Under the pieces are notes generated by a model. It was not told the DNA's origin. It saw nothing but the letters and a program-made list of their open reading frames with translations, and searched no databases. Positions 62,001-64,000 of a stretch of 64,000 bases of DNA are shown in pieces; position 1 is the stretch's first letter, and each line of letters begins with the position of its first letter. Origin of the DNA: Raillietiella orientalis (taxonomy: Eukaryota). The stretch lies in contig JAYWIR010000038.1 in assembly GCA_036172245.1 (NCBI GenBank), positions 1,426,001-1,490,000 of the forward strand. Reading direction: 5' to 3'. Made by a program: the position numbers and the translations under genes.

Positions 62001-64000
62001 CGGTCCTGAATTCTCACTTAGGAGATTTGCGAAGGGGACGTTCCATTACCGGGGTGAAGCCGAGCAGTAGACAAGATGACAGAGAAACTCGAAATCAGAG
62101 CTGAAACCGAAAAGGGACAGCTGCTCTCTTTAAAAAAAGGCTGAGTGAGATACGCGAGGTGCAGTGCCCGAAGGGTCAGGGAACGATTTTGCGACCACAA
62201 AACTGAGCCAAGCGAAGCAAACATCAGCACATGGTTCCTGTGCACGGTCGAGTGTGGCGGTTTCTTTGTGGGATCGTCATGGAGACGCTTATTCACGCTC
62301 GCTCAACGAGTTTTGAAAAGAAGCTGCCACGGCTGTTTAACCATCCTCCCAGGATCCACTGTTTAACCAGGATTTCGCTGTGATGAAATTAAAAGAGGGC
62401 AGCATTTTTTAATCTTTACTGCAAAAGAAATTGGTGAGGAAAAATTCTAGCCAATGATGGGGATTCCTTGCCCTTTGTTTCCCTGCATTCTTTATACGAA
62501 AGCTGTGTGCAAGTCGCCAGGGTCCAGAATGCTGAGGATGAAATCGTCTGCGCGTGATTCTCGATGGGAGTGGACAGGAAATCGACTGCAATTCACAGTG
62601 CTTCCTCACAGCTAAATGAGAAGATTGAGAGCATCCAGAAGCATCCAGTTTTCTTCGTTCCGGACCATCCTCTAGGCATGAGTCGGAGCGGGCAGGACAA
62701 CTCTCCGGATAAACCTTCTTACGTCCAGGCAGTTTGGGATGTTTCCTTTTGCCTGGCCGCCTTCCTCAGTGAGAACGCAAAGAGTGAAAAGCGCAGTAAA
62801 GGATGTAGGGCAGAGATGCCGGTTCTTCAGCACAGCCTTGATGTTTTCAGCAGCTGAGCAGAAATTTAAATGCATGCGATCCGAGAAGAGTTTCGTGCCA
62901 TCGGGCAAGGAGAATGAATTCCATTGCACCCTGAGGGAATTCGTCTCTGCCCGTGCCTCTCGCTTGCATGTCTTTTGTGCATGTTGCAGCAACCAGAACC
63001 CGAACCAGCTCTACCTCCCTGATTATTGTGTTTCAGTGACTTGAGCTGGAACCCCGTCACAACGCTCCCCAAGGGTATTTTCAGAGACTTGAATAGTCTA
63101 ACTTCTCTGTAAGTAAGAAATGCTTTCATCTCTTTGAAGTTTCCACACTTCTTCTCATCCGCGAACGAGCCGTTCCCTAGACGATCTCTAGCGTTTCCGT
63201 CGCGAGGATCGTGTAATTCAATGTAAAAGAGGGGCGCATTAAAGCTTGGAGGAGTCTTAGCGAGTCTCCTCGAGTGCCCCCGGACAGATTCCGAAAACGG
63301 TTTCGAGATAGATCGAGCAAATCGGCCCTCTCTCGGTCGCCAGTTAACGACTCTTGCTGTTTTCCCAGGAAACTGAAAGGCATCCACCTGCACAGCGTGG
63401 ATCCGCAAGTGTTTGCGCCTCTGAAGAGCTTGTGGGATGTGTGAGTATCGGGAAGCAAAGTGAAAGGTTCAGTCCAGCTGCTTCTCCATCCCAAAGGATG
63501 TTTTACAAATTCCGGTACTGCAGTTACTTGCCAGCCGTGCGTCAATGCTCGCCGAACACGGACGGTGAGTACCGACCCGGGGAAACCGGAAGTGGGACTT
63601 CGGGGAATGCTTTCGAGCGATTGCTCCCCGGAATCACGGGGTCAGACCCTAGACCTCACCACTTGTAGGAATTTCCTCCATCTCTCGCCTGATGGACTCC
63701 CGAGTGCTGCGCCATGCCATATGGCTCATGGCTATACTGACCACCTCTGGTAATTTACTAGTGATATGCTGTCGGTCGATCACCAGAGAAGACAGCTTAG
63801 TTGTCAGCCTGTTTATAAGGAACCTGGCAGGTAGGGAGGGAACCCCTGTAAATCACCTGTTGACGAGTCGTTCAAGCCGCTGATTTGATAATGGGGCTGT
63901 ACTTGTTCTCTATCGCAGGCTTGGATAGCGTGTACAAAAATTCGTATTACAGATATGCTCACATATGGAAGTCATCGTGGGGATGTCGCTTCATTGGAGC
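36110..64000 (+). CDS. Lgr3: Relaxin/gonadulin-family receptor (type C1 LGR: LDLa + 10 LRR + 7TM), 16 exons in window, 3' incomplete
   Basis: All exons join in phase with GT-AG sites. Hinge FRYCSYLPAVRQCSPNTDGISS matches the RXFP/Lgr3 hinge. TM1-TM2 LRHAIWLMAILTTSGNLLVICCRSITREDSLVVSLFIRNLAAADLIMGLYL is closest to insect Lgr3 from memory. Family call is secure; Lgr3 versus Lgr4 orthology is less so. Confidence 0.9.
37400..40700 (-). mobile_element. Decayed LINE within receptor intron 1
   Basis: Minus-strand LGTGWKLLRN (cf. WKLN) and LALSQGAQSPV (cf. RQGCPLSP). Interrupted. Confidence 0.35.
41011..41030 (+). repeat. (TTAGG)4 interstitial telomere-type repeat
   Basis: ttaggttaggttaggttagg read directly. 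Confidence 0.85.
41539..42268 (-). mobile_element. Full-length long tRNA-headed SINE-like repeat with A-rich tail
   Basis: Reverse strand: tRNA-like head with B-box variant GGCTCGAAACC, GC-rich hairpin body, and A-rich tail (T-run 41539-41560 on +). Confidence 0.85.
43400..44450 (+). mobile_element. Decayed Tx1-like reverse transcriptase fragment
   Basis: LLEFPKAGD (cf. LIPKKGD), NWRLL (cf. NWRPI), VIAGDASNCMPGGKS (cf. IxxDQxxxxPGRS) and AYVAH in RT order. Explains the 275-aa ORF. Confidence 0.55.
45041..45160 (+). CDS. Lgr3: Receptor exon 2, LDLa module
   Basis: CPLGTFPCSNNSDVCIEQHRFCDQVEDCLNGSDEDEDTC; ttttccag| acceptor, |gtaggc donor, phase 1-1. Confidence 0.95.
47143..47925 (+). mobile_element. 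Full-length long tRNA-headed SINE-like repeat
   Basis: A-box-like TGGTGACCGTGTGG and B-box GGTTCGAATCC at 47200-47210. Body is the reverse complement of the other copies. Confidence 0.85.
49265..49333 (+). CDS. Lgr3: Receptor exon 3, LDLa-LRR linker
   Basis: DFTHGADSIKEKMIKDEAYLVPC; ttatttttcag| and G|GTGAGC, phase 1-1; supplies the first N-cap Cys. Confidence 0.8.
52455..52581 (+). CDS. Lgr3: Receptor exon 4, LRR N-cap
   Basis: EQTLAPPCCTCFYRNGMKEYLGISCFTNDSEIPTNLPANITRL; phase 1-2; donor |gtgagt. Confidence 0.88.
55487..55558 (+). CDS. Lgr3: Receptor exon 5, LRR
   Basis: 72 bp, phase 2-2: SIHTTNRLQLRDNSFENFTTLEIL. Confidence 0.88.
55607..55678 (+). CDS. Lgr3: Receptor exon 6, LRR
   Basis: 72 bp: SLIRNRIAHLPPKVLHPLRSLRIL. 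Confidence 0.92.
55725..55868 (+). CDS. Lgr3: Receptor exon 7, two LRRs
   Basis: 144 bp: FLVGNKIQSLHPALFSRNENLKEVVLSRNLLHALDASVFSPLKRIHSI. Confidence 0.92.
55923..55991 (+). CDS. Lgr3: Receptor exon 8, LRR
   Basis: 69 bp: NLSKNQLTLVNVTIPPLASLRQL. Confidence 0.92.
56013..56066 (+). repeat. (AC)n plus (GCAC)n microsatellite
   Basis: Direct read, about 20 nt downstream of the exon 8 donor. Confidence 0.9.
56450..58900 (-). mobile_element. Probable decayed LINE in intron 8
   Basis: Fragmentary minus-strand peptides (RFRHPNRWGFDV, cf. PxxxGGLG). Same sequence texture as the other decayed LINEs. Confidence 0.25.
59165..59239 (+). CDS. Lgr3: Receptor exon 9, LRR
   Basis: 75 bp: SLSYNRIRVISRSLLVENRRTLYML. 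Confidence 0.92.
59358..59423 (+). CDS. Lgr3: Receptor exon 10, short LRR
   Basis: 66 bp: DLGNNLISYIEKDALPPSLGNL. Confidence 0.92.
59520..59591 (+). CDS. Lgr3: Receptor exon 11, LRR
   Basis: 72 bp: KLSYNRLRNLSEDLFWNLFQLKEL. Confidence 0.93.
63037..63108 (+). CDS. Lgr3: Receptor exon 12, LRR
   Basis: 72 bp: DLSWNPVTTLPKGIFRDLNSLTSL. Confidence 0.93.
63369..63440 (+). CDS. Lgr3: Receptor exon 13, last LRR
   Basis: 72 bp: KLKGIHLHSVDPQVFAPLKSLWDV (cf. RXFP1 SLEGI repeat). Confidence 0.93.
63497..63564 (+). CDS. Lgr3: Receptor exon 14, hinge
   Basis: MFYKFRYCSYLPAVRQCSPNTDG; phase 2-1. Confidence 0.95.
63669..63830 (+). CDS. Lgr3: Receptor exon 15, TM1 and start of TM2
   Basis: ISSISRLMDSRVLRHAIWLMAILTTSGNLLVICCRSITREDSLVVSLFIRNLA. 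Confidence 0.95.
63877..64000 (+). CDS. Lgr3: Receptor exon 16 (truncated by window), TM2-ECL1-TM3 start
   Basis: ADLIMGLYLFSIAGLDSVYKNSYYRYAHIWKSSWGCRFIG. Confidence 0.95.

Noticed and set aside
1..64000. CRISPR arrays, operons or prokaryotic defence systems
   Set aside because: The sequence is eukaryotic with spliceosomal introns; no regularly spaced repeats or long intronless gene clusters were seen.

Overview
Eukaryotic, most likely arthropod, genomic DNA. The evidence is spliceosomal introns as short as 46 nt, an interstitial TTAGG repeat and an Lgr3-type receptor. Main gene: a + strand relaxin-family leucine-rich-repeat GPCR (type C1 LGR, most like insect Lgr3 / vertebrate RXFP1-2). 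I reconstructed it by hand as 16 in-phase coding exons from 36110 to the window end: N-terminal hydrophobic segment, one LDLa module, linker, LRR N-cap, 10 LRRs, hinge, and TM1 to the start of TM3. At the left end is a single-CDS-exon type I membrane protein with a MANSC1/C11orf24-like cytoplasmic tail (2120-2677, -). An orphan coding-like terminal exon lies at ~32.5 kb. Most of the remainder is decayed L1/Tx1-clade non-LTR retrotransposon fragments, a ~490 bp AT-rich foldback/MITE, and copies of an unusually long (~750 bp) tRNA-headed SINE-like element with covarying UNCG hairpins. The most intriguing observation is that the 3' ends of the Tx1-like LINE copies run directly into a sequence matching one fixed internal site of this SINE, suggesting a SINE-targeting site-specific retrotransposon. 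All identities and alignments were judged by eye, and transposon boundaries are approximate.
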